A stretch of 63,991 nucleotides of DNA, filler included, from Lenisia limosa (lineage: Eukaryota > Protista > Breviatea): the NCBI GenBank assembly GCA_001655205.1. It is 15 parts of 15 records of this genome, joined end to end, with 100 filler letters (N's around TTAATTAATTAA, not from the genome) between each part and the next. Parts side by side here need not be neighbours in the genome. Positions count along the whole stretch, not along the records: positions 60,672 to 62,804 come from LPNZ01005410.1; positions 62,905 to 63,991 come from LPNZ01005769.1; 13 more parts are not named here. One strand, written 5' to 3'. Below, piece after piece: positions 61,231 to 63,991 of this stretch. Both the position numbers and the translations under genes were made by a program. The notes below the pieces were generated by a model. The model was not told where the DNA came from. It did not search any database and worked only from the letters and a program-made list of their open reading frames with translations. Each line of letters begins with the position of its first letter. Positions within the stretch are counted from its first letter, which is position 1.

Positions 61231-62543
61231 CTACTCCACCTCGAGCTCGTAAATCAACGTGTTAGTAAAGACGATTCCCTCCGCCTCCTCAATCGAAATC
61301 GACGGAGGGCCCAAAGCAGGCACTTCCATGTTCCCATCGCCAATAGGAAGGGCAATAGGTCGGTCAGCTTTGTCGCCTGTTTCACTGACAGGGTCAACGA
61401 CATGGTTCCGCATGGCGTCGATTTTGGCCTTCTCTTGCCGAAGCGTCTCCTCCCTTTCACAACGCTCTGCCTCCATTTGAATCGATCGTTGCCTCTGTTC
61501 TTCCTCCAGCTTNNNNNNNNNNNNNNNNNNNNNNNNNNNNNNNNNNNNNNNNNNNNNNNNNNNNNNNNNNNNNNNNNNNNNNNNNNNNNNNNNNNNNNNN
61601 NNNNNNNNNNNNNNNNNNNNNNNNNNNNNNNNNNNNNNNNNNNNNNNNNNNNNNNNNNNNNNNNNNNNNNNNNNNNNNNNNNNNNNNNNTCTCTGAGCGT
61701 TGAGGTCAGATTCCTAGAAGATTAGGAGCATAGTGGAAGTATGGTAATTTATTTATGCATTTTTTGTCTTTTCAAAAATTGTTATGGTTTCCCTATGTAT
61801 TTATTTGTTTCCCTAGATTTCTCATGTATATTACTTCTCTTGTTCAAAAGAAGATCATATCACGGTTTGCGTCATTTTCAAGCGTGTGTTCATGTCCACT
61901 CGTATGCTAGACGAAATTCTGTCATATCATATCACTCACGGGTAAGGGCAAACATAATTCTGTTTTGTCTAATATTCACTAAATTACACTACACACGAAT
62001 TTTGAAAAAAGGGCATGAAGACAATTGCATTATGTATGTATATGTAGGGCTTCACTTTGGTTCGAAAGACTGAATTTCCCAACAGTCCCAAAGAAAGACA
62101 ATTTCTCGATAAATATAGATATTTTACCCTCCTTTTCGGACCGTAGGGAAGTCCTAATAATAACCCTTCGAAGTACCTGTTCTCGCATTTTTTTAATGTA
62201 AACATCGCTGTCGACAGGTGCGGTGAGCCTGGGTGGTAAGGAAATATGTGGAAAAAACCACTTGACACCTCTAAGCAACAGAGAAATAAAAAAGGTTGTA
62301 CCTGACATCTTTCACAGAGAAATAAACAAGGTACCTGACCGAAGCTGTCCACATCATCGCGCCCATCCCCAACCTCAGCTCAGAGCCTTTCTTCGTGATT
62401 TTAGCTGAGAGCATTTCGCTGACAACAGTGAAGGGCCAAGCAGCGTATAATCTACAGGGACCGTAGCGGACGGTTACATTGTCCTCGTTTGCCTCAACGT
62501 CAACATCCTTAGTGGTAACGCCGGGAATACTCGGGAGAGTCGT
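61231..62543 (-). CDS. DNAAF4: CS (p23-like) domain plus charged coiled-coil, DNAAF4/DYX1C1-like (partial)
   Basis: TTLPSIPGVTTKDVDVEANEDNVTVRYGPCRLYAAWPFTVVSEMLSAKITKK..(W)LTAPVDSDVYIKKMREQ|ESDLNAQR..KLEEEQRQRSIQMEAERCEREE matches the CS-domain-then-coil order of DNAAF4. TPRs not seen. Confidence 0.5.
62045..62156. mobile_element. Chimeric MITE: family A left TIR, family B right TIR
   Basis: tagggcttcactttggttcgaaagactgaattt .. ttttcggaccgtagggaagtccta. Confidence 0.75.
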
Positions 62544-62948
62544 CTAAAGACGTGTTAGTAGACAGCAGACGGCATAACATATATAAACATATAGTATATG
62601 ATATACTACACATATTATGTATATTGTATGTATAATATCGATATCCTAATACCTCCTACATAATATACAATAGGTATATTATATGATATACTGATATACT
62701 GATAGTTTGTGAGTAGCCTGTTAAGCTTTGTATACTGTTTGAAGACTGTAAGAAGACGGTTAGTTTGTTAGAAGATCGTAAGTCATTCAAAAACAGAATT
62801 CACCNNNNNNNNNNNNNNNNNNNNNNNNNNNNNNNNNNNNNNNNNNNNTTAATTAATTAANNNNNNNNNNNNNNNNNNNNNNNNNNNNNNNNNNNNNNNN
62901 NNNNGTTTTGTTGTTATCAACCCTCGTGTGTGTTCTGCCAACTCCCCA

Positions 62949-63505
62949 GGTGCAGTCATCCGTTAATTACTTCTTGCCGATAATGCCCCCTCCCCCATCA
63001 CGTTTTCATCACTCATTCTCCCCCATCACAGATGGAAGGAAACTCAGGCCGACATCTATTCCCACCTGCAAATCATCGTGGACTGCTTACTCCCCAGTAT
63101 GCCCTGGGTTTTTAGTTGATTTGCGGTTTTTTTTTGTTTTTGTTTCATATATTTTCCATATTTGCCGCCATGCTTGTTTCACAAAGGATTCTGGCTATTT
63201 GTGTTTCAAATATTGTTCATATTTGCCCCTCCCCTCCTATGATATGCTATTTTTGTTTCTAAATTTTGGACGCTTTGATAGGATGCGGAGCTGCAGAAGC
63301 GACTGGTCTGGGCTTTGTTTGTTTTAGTGTGGTGTCAGNNNNNNNNNNNNNNNNNNNNNNNNNNNNNNNNNNNNNNNNNNNNNNNNNNNNNNNNNNNNNN
63401 NNNNNNNACTCCCCCCCCCCTTCCAGAGGACAAGCAGTTGCCCGTAGCCGCTACCAAAGCCCATGGACACACCGCTTACGTCGGAGTAATTGACCTTCTC
63501 TCAAC
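62949..63505 (+). CDS. Hypothetical protein exons (partial)
   Basis: WKETQADIYSHLQIIVDCLLP and EDKQLPVAATKAHGHTAYVGVIDLLSTS, flanked by C-run acceptors. No family assigned. Confidence 0.35.
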
Positions 63506-63991
63506 CTCTTGTCTCGATTTTACAATCCAGGTGGGTGGAATTGGGGAGGTGTGGGAGATTGTGTATGTGTGTGGATACAACTTTTTTTTATTTTTTTTAT
63601 TTCTCATTGCTATATAATATCAATATATTTTATTTGTTGTGGAGGAGGGGGGGTGTTGGAGATACAACCTTGTTTTATTCCGCATTTCCACATAGCTATC
63701 GTAGGATAACAGTGACGGGATAAGTCTTGACCGATTTGCTATATAACTAATACCGGATCTTGTATTTGAGGTAAGTATTGATCGATTATCTTTGAGGAAT
63801 CATGTAGTTATGTCTAACCTGTATCGTAGAACGTCATTATTCCCCTGCTGAACCCGAACCCCCTTATCCCAAGGTACGGTACTGCTGTTTTGTAGTGTAG
63901 GGTGTTGGTAAATTACCGAAGTCATGGGGTACTAAAAAAAACCCCTACCCTCCCCAACATATTTTATTATGGGTTTTTTTTTCTCTCAAAA

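Noticed and set aside
14132-62860. Fourteen identical TTAATTAATTAA palindromes that look like a regularly recurring element
   Set aside because: Each is centred in an N block and gives stops in all six frames: an artificial scaffold joiner. Any co-location across it (e.g. formin with the WASP-like tail, or the ciliary genes) has no biological meaning.
6228-63415. ORF-track entries containing long X runs
   Set aside because: They are open only because N gaps contain no stops and are not evidence of coding.
63426-63505. AYVGVIDLL resembling the PIP5K Y.GIIDIL motif
   Set aside because: A single short motif with no other PIP-kinase features in the neighbouring exons.

Overview
Eukaryotic, intron-rich genomic DNA from a flagellated (motile-cilium) unicellular eukaryote, read in the standard genetic code; the organism cannot be identified from this window. 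The window is not contiguous. Fourteen artificial N44-TTAATTAATTAA-N44 spacers join 15 separate scaffold pieces, so gene neighbourhood across spacers means nothing and most genes are partial. All exon models below were spliced by eye. Recognisable genes: a GNL3/nucleostemin N-terminal-domain-only gene, a VASt (LAM/Aster) protein, kinesin-2, a Pumilio/PUF protein, a SEL1-repeat protein, a formin FH2, a CFAP70-like gene with a decayed 28S rRNA fragment inside an intron, a fibrinogen-like domain protein, the Sec24 C-terminus, tRNA-Gly(CCC), a nearly complete CFAP52/WDR16 and a DNAAF4-like CS-domain gene. There are also several hypothetical genes and two pogo-like transposase relics. The most unusual signal is intron architecture. 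Compact genes have about 27-35 nt introns and A/T-ending codons. Expanded genes have longer introns that begin GT+G-run and end (T)TAC+C-run+AG, share 40-90 nt 3' modules between unrelated genes, and carry at least four families of foldback MITEs, one of them hAT-like with 8-bp target-site duplications (TSDs).
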